Origin: Lama glama
Lineage: Eukaryota
Reading direction: 5' to 3'
Assembly (NCBI GenBank): GCA_028534125.1
Contig: CM052816.1
Location: 24,058,001-24,122,000 of the forward strand
Length of the DNA stretch: 64,000 nt
A program made the translations under genes and the position numbers. The notes beneath the pieces were generated by a model. That model made no database searches, was not told the origin of the DNA, and saw only the letters and a program-made list of their open reading frames with translations. Shown here piece after piece: positions 37,373 through 50,439 of this stretch (positions within the stretch are counted from its first letter, which is position 1; every line of letters starts with the position of its first letter).

Positions 37373-37560
37373 ACAGGAACCTGCAAACTTCTTCTGTAAA
37401 GGGCTAGGCAGATAATAGGTGATCTCTGTCTCATATGCTTCTTTGATTTTTTTTTTTTTAGTGTAACCCTTTATTAATAGAAAAATCATTCTTAGCTTGC
37501 AGGCCGAATCACAACAGTGTTTGGAAAGGATCTGCTCTGTTGGTCATAGGTTGCTGGTAG
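37373..37560. mobile_element. MER58-like hAT MITE
   Basis: CAGGAACCTGCAAACTTCTTCTGTAAAGGGC...AATCATTCTTAGCTTGCAGGCC. Confidence 0.6.
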
Positions 37561-37810
37561 AGAGCTCTCATAGGCCCCTGACATGGAGCACAGGCTCGAA
37601 TGGCTCCCACATTTCCTCAGGATTTTTCTCTAAATCTTATGGCTTGCTTTTCACACCTGTTTGTCTTATGACTGAAAGTAAAATGAAGCATGTGCTGTTG
37701 CACATCTGTATGGAAATACAATATAACCCAAAACAGGAAAATCTTAGAGCAGCCAAGAGAAAAAAACAAAGCAGTGTACAAAGAGCAACAATTGGTCTGA
37801 GAATTGACTT

Positions 37811-38304
37811 CTTTTTTTTTCATTGTAGTAAAATATACATAACATACAGCTTACCATTTTCACCATTTTAAGTGTATAATTCAGTGGCATTAATTACATT
37901 CACAGTGTTGTGCAACCATCACTACCAGCATCATCCCAAACCAAAACTCTGTACCCATTAAACAGTAACTCTCCATTTTCTTCTCTCATCCCTGATAGCA
38001 TATATTCTATTTCTGTCTTTTTGAATTTCTCTGTTATATATATATATTTCATACAAATGCAATTATACTATATCAGTCCGTTGTGACTGGCTTATTTCAC
38101 TTAGCATAACATTTTCAAGGTTCATCTATGTTGTATTAGAACTTCATTTATTCTTATGACTGAATAATATTTAATTCATATTTAATTCATATCTGTTTGA
38201 ATCCCTGTTTTCAGTTTTGTTGGGTGTATACCTAGAAGTGGAATTGCTGGGTCATATGGTAATTCTATGTTTAACTTTTTGAAGAATTGCCCAGCTGTTT
38301 TCCA
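37811..38304 (-). mobile_element. L1MB-like 3' end inserted antisense into the older L1
   Basis: CCATTTTAAGTGTATAATTCAGTGGCATTAATTACATTCACAGTGTTGTGCAACCATCAC...CCTAGAAGTGGAATTGCTGGGTCATATGG. Confidence 0.85.
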
Positions 38305-38593
38305 AGAGCTGGCTTTCTAATAAAAATAAATAAGCCACAATATAATGGAATCTATTTTCAAAATGATGGAAAATGACTGCCAAACTAGAATTATATATCC
38401 AATGAAAATACCCTTTCAAAAACATTTTCAGACGAAGAAAAATTAAGAGAATTCGTCACTATCAGACCTAAGCTAAAGGCAAATTCTTTAGACAGATGTA
38501 ATCTCAGAAGGTTGAAGATGTAGGAAAAAAAGAAAAACAATTAAAGTGGTAAATATTAGGGGGGGGATATAAAAGAGTATTAACAGGAAAAAG

Positions 38594-38630
38594 CAATAAT
38601 AATAATAATAATAATAATAATAATTATAAT
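38594..38630 (+). repeat. (AAT)n microsatellite
   Basis: About nine perfect AAT units plus a degenerate tail. Confidence 0.9.
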
Positions 38631-40310
38631 GTCTTAGGTTTAAATATAGAGGGAATTAATATACCTGACAAGAATGGTGTATAAACCAAAAAAGAGATTA
38701 AGTGAGTTCAGGTTTACTAAGAACTTTGGCTTGTCTATAAAAAGGGTAGATGTATTAAATAATATTGGACTTTGATAAGGCAATGATATATGTTCTAATC
38801 TTTAGGGAAATTATTAAAAGACTAATAAAAGAGTGTGTAACCTCCAAGTTAATACAGAGGGCAAAATGCAATAAAAAATCCAAATGAAAAGAAGTTTGAA
38901 AGGATAGATAAGATAAATAGAAAGCCCTTCATAAAATGGTAGATTTAAACACAAACCTATTAGTAATTATATGTAAAAAATAAATTCCTCAAAAGTCAAA
39001 GTCAATGTTTATAGGCATAATATTTTAAATGTAAGGATGCAGAAAGATTAAAAGGATAGAAAAAATGCAAACATTTGCCAAAGGGATGCTAAGGTAGTGA
39101 TGTTAATATCAGAGAAAGAAAACTTTAGGGAAAAAAAAACCATCATTGGAAATAAAATGTAAGCTTCATAATAGTGTTTTAATCTATCATTAAGATACAA
39201 AATTTTATTTATGTCGAATTATATAGCACTGAACTATATAAAACATAAATTGATGTAACTAAGGAACTAAACATTTTGTACACTAGAAGTAGAAGGAATT
39301 TCCTTCACATCATAAAACATTTGAAAGCCTACATTAAACATTGTACTTAAATAATATGCTTATATTCACACTTAAAATATTGAAACCTTTCCTTTTAAAA
39401 CAGCAGTTAAAAGTATCATGGACTAGATCTACCTAAAAATGTGCAAGTCCCCCAGGCAGAAAGCTATAACATTTTATTAAGAAACATTAAAGAAGACCTA
39501 AAGAAGCAGAAGGATCTACCATGTTCATAAATTGGAAAACCACAATGTTATAAAAAAAAGGTAATTCTTCCCAAATTGGTATATTGATTCAATATAATTC
39601 CAATAAGACTTCTAATCAGGTTTGTTTTAGGGGTGACTTAAAGAAGAAGCAGCACAAATGACAAGCTGGTTCTAATATGTATATGGAAATGCAAAGGTTA
39701 AGAATAGCCAAAGTACACATGAAGAAGAACAAGGTGGAAAGGATTTGTTCAAATAGACATTTTGACGTATTAGAAAGCCATTGCAATTAAGTCTATGATG
39801 TATTGGCAGAAGAAAGACCTATGCAATAGTATGGAGATCCCAGAAACTCTTCCACACATGTGCACTTGATTTACAAAAAAAACACCACTATATTATAGTG
39901 CACAAAGGAGAGTCCCGTCATTATATGGTACTTCACGATTGGATTTCCACATAGAAAAGAAGATAAATGTTTCTTTACTTACGTTTTACACAAAAATCAA
40001 CTCAGTTGGATGTTAGAGCTAAATGTGAGAGGCATAAAATTCTTCCAGAAGATAATAAAGTATAATATTTTTATAAACTCATGGTAGGGAGGGACTTCTT
40101 AAACATAACACAAAAAATACTAATTGTAAAGCCAAAGATTGGAAAGTAAGACTAAATTACAATTACGAACTCTGTTCAACAAAATACACTATTAATAGGG
40201 TGAAAAGGCTAGAGAAACAGGATCTAAATGTGAGAGGCATAAAATTCTTCCAGAAGATAATAAAGGATAATATTTTTATAAACTCATAGTAGGGAGGGAC
40301 TTCTTAAACA

Positions 40311-41162
40311 TAACAATATTGATTCTTCCAATCCAAGAATGTGGTATGTCTTTCCATCTACTTGCATCATCTTCAGTTTCTCTCATCTGTGTCATATGTT
40401 TCAGAGTAAAGATCCGTTGCCTCCTTAGGTAGGTTTATTCCTAGGTATTTTATTCTTTTTGATGCAATAGTAAATGGGATTGTTTTCTTAATTTCTTTTT
40501 CTGATATTTTGTTGCTAATATATAGAAATGCAACTGATTTCTGTATATTAATTTTGTATCCTGAAACTACCAAATTCATTGATGAGTTCTAGTAGTTTTC
40601 TGGTAGCATCTTTAGGATTTTCTATGTTTGGTATCATGTTATCTGCAAACAGTGACATTTTTACTTCTTTTCCAATCTGGATTCCTTTCATTTCTTTTTC
40701 CTTCTTTGATTGCAGTGGCTAGGACTTCCAAAATTATATCGAATAAAAGTGGTGACAGTAGGCATCCTTGTCTTGTTCCTGATCTTAGAGGAAATGCTTT
40801 TGGCGTATCACCATTGAGTATGATGTTAGCTGTGGGTTTGTCATATACAGCCTTTATTATGTTGAAGTATGCTCCCTCTATGCCCACTTTTTGGAGAGTT
40901 TTTATCATAAATGGATGTTGAATTTTATGAAAAGCTTTTTCTGCATCTGTTAAGGTGATCATTTGGTTTTTATTCTTCAGTTTGTTAATGTGGTTTATTA
41001 CATTGATTGATTTGTGGATGTTGAAAAATCTTTGCATCCCTGGGATAAATCCAGCTTGATCATGATGTATGATCATTTTAATGCATTGTTGGAGTTGATT
41101 TTCTAGTAGTTTGTTGAAGATTTTTTTGCATCCATATTCATGAGTGATATTGGCTGTAATTT
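40311..41162 (-). mobile_element. L1 ORF2 reverse-transcriptase segment, inverted 5' part of one insertion
   Basis: [14 protein letters not shown]...[14 protein letters not shown]...[13 protein letters not shown] and [15 protein letters not shown]...IKYLGINL; frameshifted. Confidence 0.95.
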
Positions 41163-42378
41163 AACACTCTTTGACATAAATCACAGCACTATTTTTTTGA
41201 AACCAGCTCCTAAAGTAATGGAAATAAAAGCAAAAATAAATAAATGGGACCTAACTAAACTTAAAAGCTTTTGCACAGCTAAGGATACCATCAGCAAAAC
41301 AAAAAGACAATATACAGAATGGGAGGAAATATTTGCAAATGATGCAACTGACAAGGGACTAAATTCCAAAATATACAAACAGCTTGCATAGCTTAATATA
41401 AGAAAAATAAGCAACCCAATTAAAAAATGGTCAGAATACCTAAATAAACATTTCTCCAAAGACATCCAAATGGCCAACAGGCACATGAAAATATGCTCAG
41501 TTTCACTAATTAATAGAGAAATGCAAATCAAAACTACAATGAGATATCACTTCATACCAGTCAGAATGGTCATCATTAAAAAATCTACAAATAATAAATG
41601 CTGGAGAGAATGTGGAGAAGAAGGAACCCTCCTACACTGTTGGTGGGAATGTAAATTCGTGCAGCCTCTATGGAGGACAGTACAGAGGTTCTTTCAAAAA
41701 CTAAAAATAGACTTACTATATGATCCAGCAATCCCACTCCTGAGTATACATCTGGAGAAAACTATAATTCAAAAAGACACATGCACCACAATGTTCATAG
41801 CAGCACTATTTACAGTAGCCAAGACATGAAAACAATTTAAATGTCCATCAACAGATGACTGGATAAAGAGTATTACTCAGCTATAAAAATGGATGAAATA
41901 ATGCCATTTGCAGCAACATGGATGAACCTTAAGATTATCATAGTAAGTGAAGTAAGTCAGATAGAGAAAGACAAATATCTATGAGGTCACTTATATGTGG
42001 TATCTAAAAAAAAAAAAATAAGATACAAATTTAATTTATAAACCAGACTCAAGGACATAGAAAACAAACTGTAGTTACCAGACAGGAAGGAAGGTGGGGC
42101 AATAGATTAGGAGTTTGGGACTAACAGATATGTATTTTATATATATATAAATATATATATATATAATAGATAAACAACAAGGACCTACTGTATGGCACAG
42201 GGAACTGTATTCAATTTCTTGTAATGAGCCATAATGGAAAAGAAACTGAATATATATATATATGTGTATATATATATATATATGTATGTATATGTATAAC
42301 TGAATCACTTTGCTATACACCTGAAACTAACATTGTAAACCAACTACAGTTCAGTAAAATATAAGATTCAAAAAAAAG
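41163..42378 (+). mobile_element. L1 ORF2 C-terminus plus 3' UTR and A tail, non-inverted part of the same insertion
   Basis: [31 protein letters not shown]...[19 protein letters not shown]; (TA)n tracts in the 3' UTR; A tail 42370-42377. Confidence 0.95.
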
Positions 42379-42568
42379 AGGCTATGTAAGCCCCGCTTCA
42401 AAACATCTCTTTGAGTTATTTATTCATCACTGAACTCTCCCGTGTATATGTGCAAAGCATGTGTTAATAAACTTCTGTTTGTTTTTCTCTTGTTGTCTTT
42501 TGTCCATCTAAACCCCAGGCATTGAACCTAAGATGGATAGAGGAAAAACATTTTTTAATCTTCTACAC
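42379..42568 (+). mobile_element. 3' part of an ERV1-class LTR
   Basis: GTTAATAAACTTCTGTTTGTTTTTCTCTTGTT...GAACCTAAGATGGATAGAGGAAAA...CTACA. Confidence 0.65.
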
Positions 42569-42973
42569 TTCCCATTAACTGACAGAAACTTCTCAGGGAG
42601 GTCACTGCCATGCTCTGGATTACTCTGTACTGGGTCATGTGCACATCACTGGGACTGGCTGTTGGTGGATAGGGATAAAGTCAGCCTTGCCAGGACCTCT
42701 TGGCAAAGGAGACAGTGATTCCCCAAAGGGATGGCAGCTGGCAAACACACTGAACAACTGCATCATGAAATCCTTTTCATTTCAACTGCCTTGGTCTTAC
42801 TGACCTAAAACAAATAGACCACCAGTTATTTCTCCAGCAAGAATGGCTTTATTTGGGATCAACAAAAGAATTGCATTTTGGATTCTAGAAACAGGGTGAG
42901 CCATGAGCAAGACGCCAGCCTCTTGACTCTATTTTAATTAAGGTTTCTGTGTATTAATTTTTACAATCCATAG

Positions 42974-43173
42974 CAGTGCTTTTTAATTCAGGCTGCAAGT
43001 TAGAATCATTTGGTGAGCTTTTTAAAAATAAAGATGCGGAGACTTGACCCTAGAGCAATTAAATCAGAATTTCTTGAGTAGAAGGTGGAGGGAGGAGGGG
43101 GTTAGGCATTCAGTATTATTTTTTAAGCTCTTCAGATGATTTTAATGGGGTATTTAAGTGTTGAGAGCCACTA
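42974..43173. mobile_element. MER5A-like hAT MITE
   Basis: CAGTGCTT...TTAGAATCATTTGGTGAGCTTTTTAAAAATA...AATTAAATCAGAAT...TTGAGAGCCACT. Confidence 0.75.
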
Positions 43174-43647
43174 GATTGTTGTGTAAGTCATTGAAGTAAT
43201 ATTCAAGGAAGAAAATAGCAAAAATATTTGTAGGTAATAATCTGTTGTCTCATGTGAGTACTGTCATTACCTAATATCAACATTACTTTTTCTTTTAATG
43301 CGTAGATCATGACAGCCTGTGATTCTAAATAAAGATTTAAAGAGGAGAGTTCAGCTCTTCGAGTGTTGGTTTGCATTCCTTAAGCCAGAGGTAAATATAC
43401 CTTTATAAAGTCTTAATTAACATGCCTTAGTTTCCTCCCATCTTGCAGTGTTGTAAGAATTAGAACTGACAACTATCATCCTTCTGCAGTTTTGCTTCAG
43501 GATTTTAAAAAATTGCATAAATAAAAAGGGAGTAAATGTATTCCTCTTATAAAAAAGTAAAACATTACAGATAAGGAATTTAGTCTTTGATGACCATACT
43601 TTTCCCACCTTGCCAATGGTAACCGCTCATGTCAGCATGGTGCATAG

Positions 43648-44703
43648 TGAGGGACTGAATATACAAATGAACAAGGGCCAGACTGCATGTATCACCAGAA
43701 CTCTGACATACAGTCTCTCTAGCAACCAACAGTTGGTCCAGAAGTGTCAGAGTTTGATCAATGACTGTCAGTTTCCAATTCAGGGCTAACCAGAGAAAGC
43801 CAAATATGCTCCCTAAACCGATCACTTAAGATACCCCTGCTTCTAGTTAGCCCACCTCTAGCTTTTCATGCCAACAATTTCCAATCACAGAATACCTGAA
43901 GCCTTCCCTTTTTTTTTCACTGCAATGCTTCTTTTTACCACTCCCCTGCCTGTCTTCGAGCCTCTGCCAAACATCAGTGATGGTGGCTGACTCCCTTTCT
44001 ATAGCAAGCCCTATTTAAAATAGCCTTTTGAGACAGGAGGGAAGGGGGCAGGGCACAGCCATTAAAAAAGATGACACAGCAATTAGCACCAAGATGGTGG
44101 AAGATTCAACTCCCAGTAGACTTTGAGCTTCAGTATATGCTCATTGACATGCAATAAAAATAGCATACTAAATGGCATTCCCATAGGAGACATGACAGTT
44201 TCAAGTCTGACCATAAAAGGTCAAAAAGTGGGTAATGGCTCAGTTCCTGGGAATCCCAGCCCCTTCCCCAAAGTAGTTGGAATAATGCTCCCATTTGTTA
44301 GCATATGAAGTTACTGAGCCCATAAAACTAACAACCCCCACACCTCACCATCAATCTCATTTTTCCTAGCCAACCCCAGGCTCTGAGTCCACTGCTCTCC
44401 CTTCTGAGTAAGATGGCCCGCATTCTGCCTACAGAATGGGTATCTTCTAGACCTTTCTCTTGCCTTCTGAGATGGCCTGCACTCTGCCTATGGAGTGTAC
44501 ATCTCTCCAAATGAATCTACTTTTACTCAACTGTGGCTCATTCTCGAATTATTTCCTGCACAAAGCCAAGGACCCTCACTTGATGGGACATATCCCAGGG
44601 ACTCACCTGGGACCTGGGACACAGCCAATCTCTAGTGGCCTCCCTTCATTTTTCCCATATCACTTTGATTGTTCTCATTTGGTGATCTTTGTTGATTTCC
44701 ACA
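43648..44703 (+). mobile_element. Outer ERV1 solo LTR (MER34-like), split by an inner LTR
   Basis: TGAGGGA...TTTCCACA termini; perfect TSD ATAG (43644-43647, 44704-44707). Confidence 0.82.
44029..44662 (+). mobile_element. Inner, younger ERV1 solo LTR
   Basis: TGAGACAGGAGGG...CCCATATCA; perfect TSD CTTT (44025-44028, 44663-44666). Confidence 0.85.
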
Positions 44704-45774
44704 ATAGCTTTCCAGTCTTCTTATTATGCATTTATAGATGAATATTCTTATGTACCCATGTGAAATATATACCTCTTTGTGAGTTTTTAAAAACAAAAAC
44801 AGTGCTGTTGTATTACATATATTGTTTTGTTACTTGATTTTTTTCCTTAAAAATATCCTGGAAATCTATCCATGTTAGTTCATCCCGATTGTTTCCACTG
44901 GAGAGGGTAGTAATATTTATTCTGGTTTCCTGTGACAATTAGCTTGGTGGTGCTACCTACTCCAGTGCTTTGCAGGTTGCTTGCTTTTCTGTGTCCATCA
45001 CAAAGGCTTTCTTTCTACCTTTGCACTTCCATCCTACTCCTCTCCCACCTACTCCCCTCCCACCCACATACCCAGGTTACTCCTCCTTTAACCCTCATCC
45101 TCTGAGCTGCAGCTGGTTCTCCCTGACCCTGGCTAGCTGTCTTCCATCATAGCCATTAGTAATGGCTGTCCTAGGGCAGTTTCTTCATCTATGCAAAGCT
45201 GAAACATATCTAGGACTTCAGAGATACTAGTCTCTGACTGCTCTAGGTCCTGTGTATTGTCTGCGCAGTTTCCTCATTGTAACATGTGACCAATACATTC
45301 TTATTCATGCTAGATTCTTTCACCCTGAGTCAGTTTTCCAATTGTATGTAAGGAATTTCTTACAAAGAATTAAACATACCAATCTTAGAAACAAGTTTGT
45401 GAAAAAAGTAAAATAAAGTGAAATGCTTTATTTATCTTTGTTTTTATTGAATAACTTGGGTCAAATTTGCAGCCATCCAAATAATGTCCCTCCTGGTAAA
45501 TATCAAAACATTTAGAATTAAGACATCGATGGTGAGGTCTTGGAAGAATTGCTTTTATGTTTTGACAGTTTACAGGGACTGTTGGAACCTCTAGACTCAA
45601 TAAGAACAGTTTAATGAATTGATAACTAGTATATATACTCTAGAGCAATATATAGCCTTATCTTTGAATCTCGATTTCTCTGATTCAGTGAACTTGGTCT
45701 AGTTTCCTAATTTCTATGAGTCTTAAGTTTTCTCATGTCTGCAATGAAGACGAAATTACTTACACTGCAGGATT

Positions 45775-46273
45775 TGTCACAGGAAAACTTTTCTCCTACC
45801 CTCTTGGGTTCAGTAACCGAGGACATGTGAATTAAACTGACAAGAGAAGATTAGCAAGAGAAAAAACAGCTTTTAGTCAACTGTACATGGGAGCACAAGG
45901 GAAAATGTGACTCTCCAAACAGCTAAAGACAAGGGTTTATATATCTAACTTCATATGGGGTAGGGAAGGGGAGAAAAGTTTTCTATGGGAAGAACAAAAG
46001 AGTTTCTATGGGAACAAATGGGAACTAAGAGAGTCTGTGATAATGTTTGTTTATGCAGGGGCAGGTACTCATCTCCATCTTCTCTCTGGCTGGTAAAATT
46101 CCCTTGGAGAGGGGATTTATGGCAGCCTCACTCCCAGAAGTTTCTGCCTTTATTTTGATAAGAGAAGCTCTGTAAAGGTATCTTTCTGCATCTGTTAAAT
46201 CTGTTAAATCTCAAATGTCTTTAGCTTCAAATTATCTTCTTACCAACTCTGGGAGTCTGAGTGAGTCTCAGCA
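45775..46273 (-). mobile_element. ERV1-class solo LTR inserted into a MIR (MIR halves ~45660-45774 and 46274-46350)
   Basis: TG...CA termini; TSD GATT/GGTT; the MIR core reads continuously when the LTR is removed. Confidence 0.75.
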
Positions 46274-47454
46274 GGTTGCTGTGAGAATCATTGAGGTGAA
46301 GCTCATGAAACTCTTAGCATAGCACTCCAGAAGTATTTGCTGTTATTACTAATATGTGAAAATTAGTCTTTCTGCCTTGGCACCAGCAGCAGGTGGGAAA
46401 TGATGGTGCTCTTTAGTTCTAACATTGAACTATTTAATAGATTTCAGCCAGTCTGCTTAATTCCTGGATCAGCATAGTTATTTAATTGTTGATTAATCTC
46501 CTTTTGCTTATATTCAATTAAATTCTCAATGTAACTTTTACAAATCAATTTCTTCTTGATTGTTAAACTTACCTTAGAATTCTTAGCAGTTGTCCTAAAT
46601 AATTTGTGTGACGCAAGAAAATTAATATCTGCTATGATCTGTTCCTACCATTTTTACCTTCTACCTGGCCTCTGGAGGATGTTCTGGGATGTCACTCAAA
46701 CGGGGGTTTTTCAGGGTTTTTTTTTTCCTCCATATTTTCTTCATTTCATTTGGCTTCTTGACTCACAGAGAAGAAACAGAAAAATGATATCTTTACTTTT
46801 GTGATCCTCTCATGTCATCAGTTGTTTACAAATGCTTAGCATTTATTGTACCCTATGAGTTAGTGGGGAAAATGCATCTTATCAATAGTTATCTTTTTTG
46901 CCATTTGATAACATTAAATGTCTTTGTAATTGGTCTTTGTAATTGGAGTGAGCAAAATTCTAATATGTTTAGGATAGGTCGGAAGATTTGGACATTAGGC
47001 TGTATTGCTTACAGAAGGTATGTAACTTCTCTTCAAATTGGCTTGAAACATATAAATTGCCAATATTCTCTTCTGCCTAAAATCACCAGATATATATTTG
47101 GTTTACTTTGCTTGGGAAAGCATTATCACAATAAAAATATTTTAGGTATTCTCTATACACACGCAGTGGAGTATAAACAGGCTTATTAATTTGCTATTTT
47201 AACTTGGTAATTGCTATTTTATTTGTTGTTAAAAGTTTTATTTATTATTATGATATTAAACGATTGGTATAACTATTTATAGAATTATGTACTAGTTTCT
47301 AAAAATATGTACTATAGCTTGTTTATGAAAATGTGTTTGAAAAAAGTAGAGTTGGTCATTTGACATGGAAGCATTATTTCATTTTGTATTCAAAGTTGCC
47401 AAGAGAAAAATATTTGTTGCCATTTGCTGAAGGCTAGTAAGTTTACAATTTATT

Positions 47455-47473
47455 GGACCACCAGGGGGAGTGA
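47455..47473 (+). promoter_or_regulatory. Candidate CTCF site
   Basis: GGACCACCAGGGGGAGTGA closely matches the CCACCAGGGGGCGC core, in apparently non-repetitive DNA. Confidence 0.6.
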
Positions 47474-49962
47474 ATCCTAGTGCTAAGAACCCCTCAGTGA
47501 TTCTACAGTAGACTTGAATAAAATAAGGTGAACATCCATTTAGTTAACGAAACAGCCTGACAAAATGCTTAAGAAAGAGTTAGTTTGGTAGCCTTGGGAA
47601 ATATGATTATTAACAATAAATTTCAATATTTTCAATTAAATAAACCATTAACTTCTCTTAAAGCAATGTTTGCATTTGATAAGTCTTTTCTTGCTGGAAA
47701 AGTAGAATTGTGTCTATGAATGTCAGAATAGACTCAACTTTAGGATCCATCTTTGTGGATGAGGAGTTTGCTCCTGGTTTACTGGCAACTAGTACAGTGC
47801 GAGGGCTTCTGAAAGAGCTCTTTCTAAAGTTTCTATCTTCCTAAGAAGGAAGTTGAGCTCTAAGATGTCACTTAGAAGATTGCCAACTCAAATCAGAACA
47901 CTATTTACAATAAAAATACAATAGTTCAGGTCTATAACCATAATTACTTGAGTAACTTAGGGTAGGAAGCCCTAATTTTTCTAAATTGCCAACGTAACTG
48001 AGGGGCTATACAGTCAATTAGCCTGGATTTTCCCAGTGATTTACTGTACAATTCAAATTACCTGATAACTAACTCCATAATTTTAAGCCTTATTTTGAAA
48101 AAATGGCTTTTGTCAAGTTTTGAGATATGTAATTTAAAAAGGAGGCACCTCTTATTGAAAAGTACTACTAATTAGTGATTGAAGCTAATTAGCACATATT
48201 TTTCCTGCTTCATGGGATCTTAGAGATCCTGATGAGTATTTGTAGTTTCTCATAGTATGCTGTTGGACATTTATCCCATAGCATCTTATTTTCTCCAGCT
48301 GACAAAGGATAGTTTGAAAACCTGTCTGAACAACTCGGCCCTCTTAGGAGTGACTGGGATAAAGCCAATTGTTCACAAGACAGAGAAGTCATGAGGAGGA
48401 TTGACTTCTTAATGACTGATGATCCACCATCTTAGTACAGAGCATTTGATATAAAAGCTATTCAACATGGATTCTAGGTAAAGCAGCTAGCTGGCCTTGG
48501 ATCAGACCAGAAGTCACACCTGCATGACCTGGTCCTCCTTACATACCTGCTATTCAAGGAGAGAGGTGACACCAAGCCTCAGTACAGGAGCTTGACACAG
48601 GCTGAACAGGATTCTTATTTATTTCTGAGTATTGAAGCAGAATGAGAACCAGGACTAAGGCAGAAGTTCAGCTAAATAATTACCAGTGCCAGGGACTGAG
48701 GACCAAGATTGAATTCTGTTATCGTAGATATCTGGTCACACAGAAGTGATTCTAATGGTACCATCATTCATTACCGAGGCCTCCTATGTCAGACTTATTA
48801 CTTTTTTTATCTCTTAACTCAAAGGATCTGCTCTCTCCTTTCATAAAAAAACTTGACTGCACAGTAGAACTATAGCAAAAATTATTGTCAACATAAAGCC
48901 AGCTTCATTTACTTAAGGGCAAAACTACTTAGTTTTACGAACATGGGACTCAAATTCACATTTTGAAGAAGATTGGAAATACTTGTTTTAAGTCCGGAGG
49001 GTACAAAGATGGAGAGAAGGAAAGATTCTTTTCCCCATAGATGTATCAATCTCCCTTTTAATACTAGATTAGAAGGGAAAATATTCAAAACTAAAAAAGG
49101 CTAACTGTTCATATCCAGCGTACAAATAACTTACGGAAAACAAATTTTTCTGAAGGGAAGTGCTATGTAATTTTCAAACATAGGGATAATAATGGGCTTT
49201 GTTTTCAATCTTCTGGCAGAAATTTTAAAAATGATAATTTTACCAGTATAGGCACTTTTTCTCATATGTGAAAATGAGTCACTGACATGATAAATCAATC
49301 TCTGTCTTATGCCTCTGGTTAAGGTAATAGGAAAGAATGTTGAGAATTTGACATCAGCACCATGTATGCTTCAAATGATACCACTTTCTTGATTTTCAAA
49401 AACCAGATAAATATCAGTCTTTCTTGCCTGTACCGCCAAATTCCATTCCCAATTAAACGCCAAAATTTATCATCTTGTGGTGTACATAGAGAAACTCTAT
49501 TTAAAATTGGTAAACATCCCTTTATGATCAGAAGGGGTTAATGTGACAGCTTTCTAAATGTCTCACTTAACAGCAGACACTCTGGGGAATTGAGCTTATT
49601 AATATAGTTTGTTTTGGTCTAGTTTTTAATGAGACTTATGAACTGCCCCCTAAACATTTTTATTAGCCCATTTGTGTCAGCTGTTGGGGTAAATACCATG
49701 GAAAATAAGACATAATCCTGATGACTAGAAATTGTGGCGTCTACTTGAATAGAGATTCTTGAATTTTTTAAACCTTCAATTTATTCCCATGAAAACATTT
49801 TGAAGAGGACTCCACCAAAGAAGTGCTAGAGACATCTTGGTGTGATTACAGATGCTTTTATGTTTCTAAGTTTTTTGTTTGTAATTTTGCAGAGAGTATA
49901 TTTAATTTTTTATTGGTAGAACACTAAACACTTGTTTTTGAAGTGATGAACAAGATCTTACA

Positions 49963-50439
49963 AAGTGGTCCCCATCATCCACGACGAATGTGTCCCAAGA
50001 CCCCTAGTGGATGCCTGAAACTGCGGATAGTGCAGAACACTACATAAAGAAGCTAGGTTTTCTCCTATATATACTATGATAAAGTTAAATTTGTAAGTTA
50101 GGCACAATACAAGTATATCTAAATTGCCAGCATTGCTATTCTTGTGCTTTGGGGCCATTATTAAGTAAAATAAGGGCCACTGGAACACAAGCACTGCGAA
50201 ACTGCTACCAGAGAGCTAGTAAATGACTGATGGGCAGGATATGCTAGAGAAAGAGCTAATTCACATCCCCGGCAAGAAGAGGACAGCACAAGATTTCGTA
50301 TGTCACCCCAAGTGCTGTGCAATTTAAAACGTATGAATTCTTTTATTTCTGGAATTTTCCATTCAATATTTTTGGATCATAGTTGACCACAGGTAACGAA
50401 AACTGTGTAAAGCAAAATGGCGGGTAAGGGGGACTACTG
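49963..50439 (-). mobile_element. MER44 (Tigger7-derived) element
   Basis: AGTGGTCCCC...CCAAGACCCCTAGTGGATGCCTGAAACTGCGGATAGT...GGGTAAGGGGGACTACTG inverted termini. Confidence 0.85.

Larger units (their letters stand above)
37700..40220 (+). mobile_element. Ancient L1M body remnant (ORF1 end through ORF2), heavily decayed
   Basis: AAAATCTTAGAGCAGCCAAGAGAAAAAA, ACTAGAATTATATATCCA, AGAAACATTAAAGAAGACCTAAA, AAGAATAGCCAAAG. Confidence 0.75.

Noticed and set aside
40373..41829. Reverse-transcriptase-like ORFs as a functional or novel RT gene
   Set aside because: Frameshifted, truncated and partly inverted L1 ORF2 fragments.
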